DNA of 57,362 nt from Gracilinanus agilis (lineage: Eukaryota), in NCBI RefSeq assembly GCF_016433145.1, contig NC_058130.1, forward strand, positions 687,753,965 to 687,811,326. The letters are read 5' to 3'. The notes under the pieces are model-generated. The model was not told where the DNA came from, searched no databases, and saw only the letters and a program-made list of their open reading frames with translations. Of this stretch, positions 23,461 through 35,840 are shown in pieces (the first letter of the stretch is position 1; the number at the start of each line of letters is the position of its first letter). The translations under genes and the position numbers were made by a program.

Positions 23461-23756
23461 GGCTAGAAGCCAGCTCAGCTTAGCTAGATAATGGGATGAT
23501 TTATAAAAACACGTTTTAGAGTTTTCTGAAGTAATTTGGAGCTTCCCATCGGAAGAAGGAAAGGGGAGAAGGTTACTGGATATTGCAAATAAAGAGGTGA
23601 GAGATGATCAATATGTAAAGTTTAGGATCAAAATATAGATTTGTACCTAAGGAACAAAAGACAGGGGATTTCTGTGTGCCAACCACGCTTGCTTCTGGGT
23701 ATTTAAATATCACAAACTAATTAATTAAGTTTTCTTTTTCTTTCTTTTTTTTAAAG

Positions 23757-23841
23757 AATTTACACGCCTGGATTCCAGGCAATGTAAGCTGGAAGAACTT
23801 GTCAAGATGGAGCTCTGTATCATACCACAGGAAAAGTTTAG
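23757..23841 (+). other. Candidate 85-nt exon
   Basis: Branch-like CTAAT at about 23716, a long U/C tract, aaAG| at 23755-23756, and donor TAG|GTGAGC. Confidence 0.3.
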
Positions 23842-24485
23842 GTGAGCACAAAGCCTCCTCAAGACTTGGAGTCAGCAGTAGCAGAAGGGAAATAATTACT
23901 TAATGACCACTTACCAAGCTCATGTAAGAGTGAGCAATAACTCAGAAGTCTAGTAGACAGAGGGGGTGAAGAAAGGAATGTGGGAGGGCTGGACCATGGA
24001 GGAAGTGAAGGTTAGCATGAAATTCATGTCTGACAAAGAAACTAGGCAACAGGATCTCTGAAGTCCTTTCCATATTGTAAGATCCTATGATGCTCTGCCC
24101 CAGGACATTACTTGTTAGGAGAAGATTGATCCCCAAGTGACCATATTGTTCTAGCCATAACAAATAATGAGAACTTTATACTATGGAATGAAAGGGTTGT
24201 ACTAGGTGTTCATGGAAGAATAACTTGTATTCATGGGATTATTGATCTTGTGAAGCTCCAAAGGACAAGAAAAAGGTGGTTTCTAATCTTGGTTCTGACA
24301 CTAGCTTTGTGGCATTGGAAAAATCATATATCTTCTCTGAATTGCTTTGCCTAAGAGTAGACTAGAATTTATATGTATTATATGTATTTATATATATGAG
24401 TTTTTATCTAGTTTTACATATGTATATAGAGGGGGGAAGTAAGGAAGAAAGAGAGGGAGGGAACAAGTCTTTAATAAAATATCTA

Positions 24486-24778
24486 AGGGGAAGCTGGGTA
24501 GCTCAGTGGATTGAGAGCCAGGTGTAGAGACGGGAGGTCCTAGGTTCAAATCTGACCTCAGACCCTTCCTAACTGTGTGACCTGGGCAAGTCCCCTAATC
24601 CCCATTGCCTAGCCCTTACCACTCTTCTGCCTTGGAGCCAATACATAGTACTGATTCCAAGATGGAAAGTAAGGGTTTAAAACAAACAATCAAACAAATA
24701 AACAAATAAATAAATAAGCAAACAAACAAATAAATAAAGCAAACAAACAAATAAATAAATAAGCAAATAAATAAATGA
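24486..24778 (+). mobile_element. Young SINE1_Mdo-type SINE with an (AAAC/AAAT)n tail
   Basis: gggtagctcagtggattgagagccagg...ggttcaaatctgacctcagac...ccattgcctagcccttaccactcttctgccttgg. Perfect 13-bp TSD aataaaatatcta at 24473-24485 and 24779-24791. Confidence 0.95.
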
Positions 24779-25091
24779 AATAAAATATCTACTATACACC
24801 AACTGCTCTACTAAGATCTTTATATATTATCTCATTTGATCTCATTATGCTGTCTATGTAGATTGTAGGCATCCACATGGATGTCTAGATATGACTCACA
24901 TAGAAGAGGCATGAATTTATATCTCTAGTTTCCTTTACCCACTCTTCATTAAGAGACTTTCCTGCCTAGAGAGGAAGCTGCTACTCTGCTGTCCTCAAAG
25001 AAAGGGCAACAGGCTAGTATTGCATTTCTTTGTCCTACTCAAAAATATTGTTAGTCTAGAGAAGATAATTTTTAGTTTTCATTGGAACTTC

Positions 25092-25567
25092 TGTTGGTTA
25101 TCTCTTAATGGGGTAGGAGTGCCCCAAGGCTACATATCCAAAGCTTGACTCCTTTCCCATTAAATGCCAGTTCCACAAAGACCACACATAGTGATTAGGA
25201 AATAAATTTATTTATCCAAGCCACTGGCAAACAGAAACTAAGAGATAGTATACAGGTAAGGATATACTGGAAAATGTACCAAATTTATGAACTTTCTCTC
25301 CCTGGGAGTGAGATAGCTCAACCAAAAGAGAGTCTTAAAGCTCACACAAGGGGAAATTCCCTAAAGATTGTAGTATAGAATGGGGATGGGGACATTATTG
25401 AGGTGCTGGCCCCTGTACAGGTAATTTTTACCCCTAAATCTTCCTCTCCCTTTTGGAACCTGTTCATGAAGAGAATTCTGGACCTACATGTCTCCTCTCT
25501 TGAATGGAAGCCCAAAGACTCTCTTCTCTCAAGCTCTCTTCAACTCTGCCCTTCATATATGCACACA
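25092..25567 (-). mobile_element. Solo LTR-like element
   Basis: TG start, antisense polyA signal (tttattt near 25207) following a caaagaccacacat-type segment, as in antisense ERV LTRs. No TSD found. Confidence 0.45.
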
Positions 25568-25669
25568 GTATTGAATGATAATCCTTCACCAATAAGGAGA
25601 TTCATGTGGCAGATTGGGTTTGACCTGAGGGATACCTGTAATTGTGACTACAATGCTTTCCCTGTCTAC

Positions 25670-26163
25670 TTCAATTCATTTAAATTCACTTCAGCAAGCA
25701 TTTATTGAATGCTTTCTTTGTTCAAGGAAACATACTATACAAAGATTGTAATGAAACAGTTTCTGACCTCAGGGAACTTACATTCTCTTGAAGTAGAATG
25801 GTTTAAAAAACAAAAATAGAAATCTACAGATTAAGTACCTAGTAAATTGAGGCTGAGGCAGATGACTAACAAAGGGGGGATGGGAAGGAGGTGGTAGTTG
25901 AGCTGCATTTTGAAGGAAGATAAGTTTCTGTGAGATGGAAATGAGAAAAGAAAGCATTTCAGACATTTGGGGCAGCTAGTGTACAGACACAAAGTGAGAG
26001 ATGGAAAATCATGTATAAATTGTGGTAAGTAGGCCAGTTTGATTGTCAGGAAGAACATTGTTTTTTTGTTGTTGTTTTTTTGGGGGGGTGATAATATGGT
26101 ATCATTCTTGAACAGTAGGTTAGAAACAAATTGTGAAGGGTTTTTAATTCCAGTCAAAGGACT
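25670..26163 (-). mobile_element. L2 3' region
   Basis: ttcagcaagcatttattgaatgc...ctgacctcagggaacttacattct...gagatggaaatgagaaaagaaagcatttcagac. Confidence 0.8.
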
Positions 26164-26731
26164 TGTGAAGAAAACAATTTGTGAACTTTAAAATGTTTCC
26201 TAAAGATAAATTATTATTATAGCCACTTCTGCTTTTGCCTACAGCTATCATTTTCTCTGTCTTTGGGCACCAGAAAGGACACATAAGTGTAGAGTTATTT
26301 AGCTCGAGTCTCAGATATCCTGAAGGACAGCTGTCAAGATTGCCATAGGTCATCTCAAGCTCTGGGGGATTTTTAAAAGGACAACATAATGCTTAGCATC
26401 TTTCCATCAGGTTTTCTCACTGTTAGGAGGTTGAACTTGCAGTATTCATTTTTCCATTTTTCCATTCCATTTTTCCATCCTTTCAGTTTGACTGATGATG
26501 ACACTGGGAAAAGATGTCAAGAAAGCCTCCTGACCCTGTAGGTTACTCAGACTTCCAGGCACCAGTACCTGTGAAGCAGCATATTTGCCACACCTAGCAG
26601 GCAGAAGTTTGAGTGGAGGTCACTATGGAAACAGATATTGGGATCTCAGTGGTGATATAGTGTTTTCCCCTATGCCCTTGTTATTTTGATAGCAAGCAAT
26701 GTTTGGTTTAAAAAACAAAAACAGGACTTTT

Positions 26732-26734
<3 letters not shown>

Positions 26735-26765
<31 letters not shown>
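26735..26765. repeat. (AT)n microsatellite
   Basis: Direct observation. Confidence 0.95.
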
Positions 26766-26767
<2 letters not shown>

Positions 26768-26867
26768 ACTCTTCAAAAACAGATGCTGAAGACAGTGAAA
26801 AATCCAGTCTTTACCAGGAATGGCAGGACTGCTGTTAAGTTTAAGAACTCTATTACTTCTGATTCAG

Positions 26868-27200
26868 CAGATGGGTTTTAAACCAGGTTGAGGGTACCAA
26901 CAGTCCTCAAACCTGTCAGTAAGTCAGAGAGATGTCTACCCCAAGCATGGGCAGACAACCTCTGGTGGAACTGGTGGATGAGAAAAATTCATTCTCCTTT
27001 GGAATATTTAGTTAGACATTGAAAGAGTCAAGGTCATTCACTGCATCCCAGGTCATCACAATTCATCTTTACTTTTGTCCTGTCACTGGACTTCAATGAT
27101 TCTGGAAGAGAGAGTAAGTGAGACTGAGGACATAGGCAAGTCAAGACAGCATCTTCTTGAGGTCATTGGTCCCCGTCAAAAATGAAGGACAAACAACAGT
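26868..27200 (+). mobile_element. RTE-derived SINE (RTESINE-type)
   Basis: aaaccaggttgagggtacc...agatgtctaccccaagcatg...caaggtcattcactgcatccc...aaaaatgaaggacaaacaac. Same family as 7545-8473. Confidence 0.85.
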
Positions 27201-27429
27201 AGATATGATTTAATTTACTGTTGATTAGGCAATTCTCAGTAGAAGATACGCTGAAGAAGTCAGAGAACTGGGAGGGAAGGGGCTTATAAACCAATTTTAT
27301 GGGTTCACAAGTGAAGCTATGAACTATTATGGGAATATCCTTCTCTCTTGGCTTTAAGGCTCTCATGGAAAGCACTACAAGGGAAAGGCTACAAAGAGGT
27401 AAGCATTGCTATGTTCTATTTATGCCTGC

Positions 27430-27990
27430 ACAATGGAAGGGAGCATGTATAGAAATTTTACAATACTATAGGGTAGTTCAAGCAGATATAACAGTCTGAG
27501 TAGTATAAACTGAGGCACAAAAAGACACCAAACTATAAACTGAGCACAAAATGGTGGAAGTCAGGTGCAAACCCTTTTTATTGAGTAAAGCAGAATGCAT
27601 AAAGAGCAATAAGTCTATTGTTTGACTGGCTCCCTGAGGGAACCCAGAAAGTCCTTACATGTGGTTTGTGGGTAATGGGCTAACATTGAACTGGACCATT
27701 CAGAACACACACACAAACACACACAGACAGGGATTGGATCATTCAAACAAAAGAGCAGGAGACAGTGGGAAGGGCCATTGGAGATCTCAAGGCAGAAAGA
27801 TCTCAGGTCTGCTTATTGTCAGGAGGTACCAACCATCTGAGGCCACTTTTATGCTCTGTCTAATCACTCCTATTTTCCCAAGTTATTTCATCATTCCCTG
27901 GAAAGAGGGGAGCTCAACCAAATAATAATTCAAGTTTCATAGTAGCTACTGAAACTATCCCTTCCAAATCCCTGACCCTTATCCAGTGCA
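27430..27990 (-). mobile_element. Solo LTR-like element
   Basis: Antisense polyA signal (tttttattg near 27578), GC-richer U3-like sequence, ends ...ccagtgCA. Boundaries uncertain. Confidence 0.4.
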
Positions 27991-28134
27991 AGATAAAATA
28001 GGGAGACTGGCGAGAGGACAAAGTACATCACCATTAGTGGCACATGGTATGTTAGGAAGCTCAAGTAACAGAGTAATGGTAATAATATATCTAGACAGAT
28101 CCCTTAGGAAGACTTCCAAAGGAGTTTTTCTAGT

Positions 28135-28390
28135 AATAGTAATTAATGATATAATAGTTCCCATTTATATAGCACCTACTATGTGCCAGGCATGGTGCTA
28201 AGTATTTCACAAATAGTATCTCATTTGATCTTCACAACAATCCTTGAGGCAGGCACAATTAATAACCTCATTTTAGGACAGAGGAAATTGAAGCAAGTAG
28301 GTTAAGTGACTTGCCTAAGATCACATAGATAATGAGTGTCTGAGGCCAGATTTTAGCTCTTTCCTGATTCTAGACCTAGAACTCTATCAC
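28135..28390 (-). mobile_element. MIR SINE
   Basis: catttatatagcacctactatgtgccaggcatggtgctaag...ggttaagtgacttgcctaagatcac. Confidence 0.9.
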
Positions 28391-29430
28391 TGTGCCAACC
28401 TGGTTACCTGAAAATGAAGGAAGCAAGAGGGCATGGCTGCCTGATTCCTTCTTACAGGTAGCATATCCAAACGATACCAGATTACTGCCTAATACTACCT
28501 CTTGCTCTAATTCAATGAAGGCCAGTCTGATGACTTTAGCTTAAAAAAAACATTTACATCATTATTTCCAGACTTGTTCTGTGATCCTATATTGCAGCTC
28601 TTATACTTGGTGCAGAATCACACTCTATGCCCAAGTCCTCAGAAAAGCTTTCAGGCACCACCTGATTTTGTTGGTTTTTCAAAGGGTATATCTATCAGAA
28701 TTGAAGGCCTTTTGCCCCTCTACATCTCTAGGCTTACAAATATCTGCTTTGTGAATATTGCTTCTTTGTGCAATCCTTCAGAAATGGGCCAGCAAACTAG
28801 TCAGCTACAATATGTGTCCTTCCCTCTAGAATCTGCCTGGGCTACAAAAGAACTATCAGGACTGAATTAAGGGTTGTTGGAGCTTGGGAGTCAAGCTATT
28901 TCCTACACAGTTGCAGTCTGTTAGGATCATAACAATTCTAACAAATAACTAGACTGTGCATTGCAGGGAACAATTTTGAAATAGAGACCAGCACAGAATG
29001 ACTATCTAGCTAAGTTTTCTCCCTATTTTCTCTAATCCTATATTTGCCAAGTCTCAGCAGATCCATCTATTCAATATCCATTCCCAACAGGGCACTTGAT
29101 AGGGATATTTTTAACAACTCTTTCCTTTTCTCTTCTCCTTAGTCCTCTTTCTTTCCCCCAGTGAATACTTCAGCAAGAATTGTGAGAGAAGTACTTAGTT
29201 AAAAATGTTTTCCCTCTGACTCTAGTTGATTAAAAGAAAATCACATTTCCTACCTCCACACATATGCTCATTTTGTTCCTAGAACTCCCTGATTCTTTTC
29301 TGCTTTTTGAAATACTTTCCATTCTTCAAGATCCTTCTCCAGTGCCACTATAATGAAACTCTCTCTGATGCCCTAAACTGAAGTAATTACCCCTACCTAA
29401 TCTCAAAAGACCCAATGCACCTATTATTTT

Positions 29431-29627
29431 ATTTTATTTTAAACCCAAATCTTCTCTCTTAAAATTGATAGGAAGTATCAATTTCAAGGCAGAAGAGAGA
29501 TAAGGGCTAGGCAATTGGGGTTAAGTGACCTTTTAGGATCATACAGCTTAGGAAGTATCAGAGCCATATTTGAAGCCTGGACCTCCAGTGTGGAAACTCT
29601 CTATTGACTGAGTGACCTAACTGCCTC
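29431..29627 (-). mobile_element. SINE1_Mdo-type SINE with TSD
   Basis: aagggctaggcaattggggttaagtgac. Perfect 13-bp TSD cacctattatttt at 29418-29430 and 29628-29640. Confidence 0.9.
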
Positions 29628-29654
29628 CACCTATTATTTTCTAATCAGTAATGT

Positions 29655-30800
29655 CTTTAAGTAGAGAATTAATGAGGACTAGGAAAGGCTTCTTACAGAA
29701 AATGGCACGTTAGCTAAGCACTGAAAGAAGTCTGGAGCACCAGAAAGCAGAAGTGAAGATGGATAACATTCTACAAGTAGGAGCTAGCCAGTGAAAATAT
29801 CCAAAATTGAGAGATGGAAATTTTTGTGCTAGGAACCAAAAGGAAGCTATGATCACTCTATTGGAGAATACACGGAGGTAAATAAGCAATAAGACTGGAA
29901 AGGTAGGAAGAAGGTCAAACGAAAAAGGGTATGAAGGATTTTGAAACCTAAATACAGGATGTTATAGTTGAGGTAATAATGAGTCACATGAGTTTTTGAA
30001 TAAGGGATTAATATGATCCGACATGAATTTTAGGAAAATTAATTAGATAATTGAATAGAGGATGGATTGGATTGGGGAGACATTTGAAGCAGAGAGATCA
30101 ACTAGCAGGATTTTGCAATGGCTAAGGTGCTAGGTGATGAAGGTCGATGGGGTGATGGTAGTGTCAGAGGAGAGGGGGAGTGTGCAAGAGATGTTACAAG
30201 GATAGAAACAACAAGATGATACCTATTTGGGCATGAAGGATGAGAGAATGAGGAGTCAAAGATGATTCTGAGTTTTTAATCTGGATATCTGGGAGAATGG
30301 AGGTGCCTTTGACATTAATATGTTGTTTTAGGGAGAGTGGAGGAATTGAAAGAAAATATATTGAATTCAGTTTTGGATGTGTTGAGCTTAAGATATTTAT
30401 ATAGAGCATCAAGTTTGAAATGTGTAATGGACAAATGGAGATATAAGGATTGAGGTCAGCAGAGAAGTTAGGGATGAGAAAGAAGATTTGAGTCTTCATT
30501 ATAGAGGTGACAATTAAAACTAAAGGAGCTGATGAGGCCACCAAGTAAAATAATATAGAGGGGAAATAGATGAAGCTCCAGGACAGTGAAATGGAGGCCT
30601 CTCACATTTAGCAAGTGTGACTTGGATGAAGATAGAGATGAAAACTGAGGACTTGTGAGTGGTCAGCTAGCTAAGAGAACAATTTGGAGAGAGCAGTGTC
30701 ATTGAAACCTAGAAGAGAAAATGTCAAGGAGAAGAGAGTAATCAACAATGTCAAAGGCATCAGAAAAGTCATGAAGGATGAACATTCAGAAAAAGCCCAT
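29655..30800 (-). mobile_element. L2 LINE, long antisense fragment
   Basis: ggaaaggcttcttacagaa...gaatgaggagtcaaagatgattctgag...gagagagcagtgtcattgaaacctagaagag-like sequence...gtcaaaggcatcagaaaagtc. Confidence 0.9.
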
Positions 30801-30989
30801 TGGATTAAGGTTTTTTTATACAATTTTCATCACAATTGTACATTAGATTTTAATGCCTTATGGGCAAAGATTGTGCCATTTTTTCCTTTTTCTTTTTGTC
30901 AACATTGAGCACAGTTCCCTACATATAGTAAATGCTTTAATTAAATTTTGCCAAAATGAATTGAATCAAGTATTTATGTGAGTGGAAGC

Positions 30990-31400
30990 AGTTCAGAATA
31001 GTAGTTAGAGAGCAGAGCTTGACTTTAGGATAACTTGTATTTTTGAGTCTTTCATCAGATACCAACCAGGTATGTTTTAATCATAAAGAAATTACAACTT
31101 CTAAGGCACTCAGCCTCAGTTTCCTTACCTCTGGTATGAGACAGTCTTTACACTTATTGGTTATTATGGAGAAAACACTTTGCAAACCATACTGTGAAAG
31201 ACAAATTTAGTTTGGATTTGAAATTTCATTAAGTTAGGGAGCTCTAATATTGAGGAATGTGGATTGGCACTTGCTCTTCCATTTATACTCAGATAATTTT
31301 CTGGTGGCTCTGAGAGGTTTAGAGATATAGTCAAGTCCATAAAATATGTATGTTCAGAAGTGGAACTTGAACTCAGGTCTTTCTGACTAAGGCTGATGAT
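30990..31400. mobile_element. Two MIR-type SINE remnants (plus then minus)
   Basis: gcctcagtttccttacctctgg; gaagtggaacttgaactcaggtctttctgac. Confidence 0.65.
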
Positions 31401-31959
31401 TTAGTGCTTTCTTGGTAGAAGAAATTGCTGTTATTGTTGTTGATATAATTATGCTCTCAGGGGCTTTTAAAAGATATAAGATAAATTATTGCTACATTAA
31501 AATTCCTCATACTGCTACCCCTTTCTGACTGGTGCATCTTGTCGCTCCTTAGTCATCACCATTTCTTTTCCCCACCATCAATTATGGGTCTAGCTATTAT
31601 GAAAATGGCTTCTTTCCCTTTCCTTTCCCTTCTTTCTCTATTGCTATTTCGTATGCCCATTGTCCTTTATGTTGCATTCCATTTGTTGCATTTCTTCTCT
31701 CCATTTTTTTCTTCTTTCTCTGCCTTTTCTCTTCCTACTATGCTTTCTGCTGTGGGGCCAGTAGAGCTTGGTAATTCACTTTATTCTTTGATTTTCAGTT
31801 TCCTTATCTGTAAAATGGCAATAATATTTCTATTAACTTCCTTGCACAGTTATTATGAGGAAATTGCTTTAACTGTATTTACAAAAAACAAAAAGATAAA
31901 ACTTGTCTTCAATGATATCTTGTTCTTGTAGAAGATATTCCCTCCAAAGGCATACAATG

Positions 31960-32590
31960 CACTAATGATATTCAGACTACCTCCTACAGTACCTTTTATC
32001 TAGACCTGCCTTTCCTAAGCAAGACTTCTTGCTATGTACCTCTCTCTCCCATAAAAATGTACTTGTCTTGGTCCCATTTATTTAGAGCCTTCTCTGTATG
32101 AGGTGAAACCTGGATTATGCCACAGTCAAAGCTGCACTAAGGAGGGAAGGCACCTGCTTATGGCTTCAAATGGACCATTTTCATTTCAATGGCCTTCATC
32201 TTTTCTTATGCTGAAGTGCTTTCAGCACCTCCTCCAGCCTTCACCCACTATGCCTGCACCCTCTACTGCTCCAGCTGTTGACAATCTATTTGTCTTTCAT
32301 TATCTGGTACAAAGGCCAGCTCCTTCATAAAGCCATCCTTGCATTCTTCAGCTTGGAGTGATCTCACAACATTTTATGTTCCTCTTACACATCAATAATG
32401 TTTTGTTCTTAATTATATTATGTTTATTGGTACACATGCTTTACAACCCTCCCCATGACTCCCCACCCTGTAACACACAATTATGCTGTAAACTCTTTAA
32501 GAGAAGAGACATTTTTTTTTCTTTTTAATCCCTAGATTATCTGGCATCTTAATTCTGATATAGTCCTACTTAATTGTTTGGTTGAATGAA
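31960..32590 (+). mobile_element. L2 3' fragments
   Basis: L2-like tail gctgtaaactctttaagagaagagac...gtttggttgaatgaatgaa. Confidence 0.55.
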
Positions 32591-33349
32591 TGAAATTAAT
32601 TTCAACCTGAGGATTTTTGATTCATCCCTAACTAACCAGAAAATTAGTTCTTTAGAATCCTCTATTTCCTAATACTAATTATTACTAATCAAGATTTTCC
32701 TGTATTCATTTTCTTAAATCTATTCTTCCCCTTATTCCTTTTATCTCCTTCCATGGACAGAACTAAAATTCAGGAAAATAAATCACAAAGGAACATTTGC
32801 CTAGAATCTATTAGCTATATATAAAGATATAAATTATTGTTTCAGCATCAGAAAGTCAAATTCCAGGGCTTTCTTGTTGGTGATCTTGTTTTTCTAGTGC
32901 AGAATGGAAACACGTCACAATCACAGAATTTCCAAGCTAGAAGAGACTTTAGAACATAGACTGTTCATACTTGAAGGGGCTTTGGAATAACTGTTTGTAA
33001 AGGCCAGGATAGTAAAGTGGAAAGAAGCCTGGGAGAGGTTCCTGATTCTTCTGTGACCACTATGACCTTGGACAAGTGGTTACATCTCTCTTGGCCTCAG
33101 TTTCCTCATCAGTTTAAAAAATGGTGAGGGGACTGAACTAGGCAAACTAACTCTGGAATGTCTAAATAGTTCTAAACTTATATTTTAAAATGTTGGAGAT
33201 AAAGGGGAATTCAGGAAGCAGAATATTAGAACTTTGCATACAATTTTTTTTAGGGTTAGAAAGAAGATTAGTGATCATCTATTTGAAATTCCTCCTTTTC
33301 CTGACCTGAAAACTTTGATACAGAGAGTTATTCTGAGTCATCCTCAACA

Positions 33350-34027
33350 CTCACTCTCTTCTCTCATATCTAATTTGTCACTAAGGCTTGCCAATTTTAC
33401 CTTTCCAATAATTCTCATATATTCCTGCACCACCATCCTTATCATCGTCACACTGCTTCTTCCTTCTTCATTTGATCCTCCATTTAGTTGTCTAATAAAG
33501 ATTCCTAAATTGAAGCTGTTGCTAAGTCATTTCCCTATTCAATAAACTCCAATGGTTCCTTGTTATATTGAAGATCAAATATAAAACCATCAGTTTCTCA
33601 TTCAAAATCCTTTATAACCTTACCCCCCCCCACTTTTAGCCTTCTTATACCTAATATCCAGTGACATTAGTCTCTCATTTATTCTTCCTGATGACTTCCC
33701 ATCTTTAAACTCTAGATATTTTCATTGACTGTTCCCTATATCTAGAATATTCTCCCTTCTCATCTTTGCTGTCTAGTTTCCCTGGCTTCCTTCAAGTCCA
33801 GGCTAAAATCTTATCTTTTACCAGAAGACTTTCCTGATCCTCTTTAATGTTAGAACCATTTCTCTTTTGATTTTTTCCAATATAACCTTTATATAGCCTG
33901 TTACCATATCATTGTTGACATATTGACTTCCTCTTGAAAGCAGGGACTCTCTTTTGCCTTTATATCCCAGAATTTAGCACACAGCCTGGCACGTAGTAGG
34001 TGCTTAATAAATTCTTATTGACTAACT
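33350..34027 (+). mobile_element. L2 3' end
   Basis: ttccctattcaataaactccaatggttcc...gtttccctggcttccttcaagtcc...gcctggcacgtagtaggtgcttaataaa. Confidence 0.9.
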
Positions 34028-34464
34028 TGTCCATCCAGAGGAAATGAGCCATAGGTTGAAGGCATCTCCTGATTTCATTTGTCATTCCTTCCATTTTATT
34101 CATTGTCACAGGCTTTAAATATAATCATTTACTGCATTTAGCCATTGCCTATAAACTTAGTGCAAGAGTGGAGATCCACTTTCCCTTAATAAACACAGAT
34201 TCTTGATGGAATCACTATTAGGTTAAGGTATAAAGGAAGTGGAAACACCCTTGACAGATTTGGCAGGTACAATACTTTGACATTGGATATTTTAGGATTT
34301 AGGATTGATCGAAAGGATCATATACATTTCTGAGGAGACAAAGAGAGTAAGTGCTTTGCTCTCTATATGCTTATCTATACTGATTTTGATTTTGTTAAAT
34401 ATTATAGTTACTATTTAAACATATGCATGTATATGTATTATATTTTATATAATTGTTGTTTTCA

Positions 34465-34697
34465 ATCCTCTCTGTTACTTCAAGACCCCACATGAGGTTT
34501 CCTTGGCATAGATGCTGGAGTGGTTGCCATTTCCTTCTCCAGCTCATTTTGTAGATGAGTAAACCAAGGCAACGAGAGTTAAGTGATTTGCTCAGGGTCA
34601 CATAACTAGTAAGTATATGAAGCCACATTTGAACTCAAGAAGATGAGTCTTCCTGACTCAGACCCATCATATTATTTACTGCACCACCTAGCTGTTC
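34465..34697 (-). mobile_element. MAR1 SINE
   Basis: gctggagtggttgccatttccttctccagctcattttgtagatgag...gaagatgagtcttcctgactc. Confidence 0.9.
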
Positions 34698-34703
34698 TCA
34701 CAT

Positions 34704-34706
<3 letters not shown>

Positions 34707-34751
<45 letters not shown>
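34707..34751. repeat. (CA)n microsatellite
   Basis: Direct observation. Confidence 0.95.
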
Positions 34752-34753
<2 letters not shown>

Positions 34754-35089
34754 AAAACTAGATAAATTGAGGAAAGTCGTCTTCTGGATGATACAAGAAT
34801 GGTTAAATTCAGATGCCAGTAGAGCTACACCTAAGAACAATTTCGTGAAAATCCCAAAAAGGGAATAAAAAGACTTCCAGTAATTGGGAGATGTGACTTT
34901 ACCCTATGGCCATTTCTAGCCATTAGCCCATTTCCCCCAAAGTCATTGAATTTTAATGTGAACCATTTTGTCCCAGACTTTTTCAGGGATTGCTCTTTGT
35001 ATCAACTGTTCTTATTGTACTATCTCAGGGAATATTCCTTTTGAAAAGCTAATTTTTTTGAGAAACCAGTGCATAGTTGGTGGAGTTGT

Positions 35090-35840
35090 AAACTGATCCA
35101 ATACACTTTGGAGAATAAGAACTATCCCTGAAAGGCTATAAAATTGTTCATAAACTTTGACTTCCCAATAGCACTATTAGGTCTGTGTCCCAAAGAGATT
35201 AAAATAAATTGAAAGAAAAGAAAAAGCCCAAATGCACATTTTTTTGTTTGTTTTGTCAAAGAATTCGAAATCGAGGAGATGCCCATTACATAAGGAAACT
35301 GCTGATCAAGTTGTAGCACATGATTGTGAGATGATATTATAGTGCTTTAAAAATGATGAGCAGGATGCCTTCAGAAAAACCTGGAAAGATTTACATGAAC
35401 TGATACAAGGTAAGGTAAACCGAATGAGGAGAACATTGTACATAGTAAGAGCAATATTATATGTTGAACAGGTGTGAATGAGAGCTGTTGTCAGCAATAT
35501 AGTGATCTAAGACAATTCCAAGGAACTCATGATAAAAAATGCTACAGTGAAAGAAATGATGGAGTATGAATGCAAATTGAAACACAGGTTTTAAAATTTC
35601 ATTTTTCTTGTTTTTTTTTGTTCTGTGTTTTCTTTCACAACATAATTAATGTAGAAATATATTTTATATGATTGCATATGTATAAACTATATCAAATTGC
35701 TTGCCTTTTTAATGACAGAGGAAGGGAAGAAAGAAGGAAGATAATTTAAAACTCAAAAATGAGGGGAAAAAGGAATGTTAAAAATGTTTTAGATGTAATT
35801 GGAAAAGATAAAATGTTGGAAAAAATTAAAAATAAAAATT
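35090..35840 (+). mobile_element. L1 3' end (ORF2 C-terminus and 3' UTR)
   Basis: aaggctataaaattgttcataaactttgac...aatgatgagcaggatgccttcagaaaaacctggaaagatttacatgaactgatac...A-rich end. Confidence 0.9.

Noticed and set aside
24486-24580. tRNA-like A/B boxes
   Set aside because: Part of a tRNA-derived SINE head, not a tRNA gene; the same applies to the MIR and MAR1 heads.
28441-28463. Second AG|GT juxtaposition (cttacag|gtagca)
   Set aside because: Short pyrimidine tract and poor donor consensus.
28574-28870. 98-aa ORF after an acceptor-like site
   Set aside because: No homology recognised and no supporting donor or polyA evidence.
30194-30544. 116-aa minus-strand ORF
   Set aside because: Lies within the L2 fossil.
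31539-31931. 130-aa hydrophobic ORF
   Set aside because: Arises from T/C-rich low-complexity sequence plus a MIR (FSFLICKM is the MIR core translation); non-ATG start.
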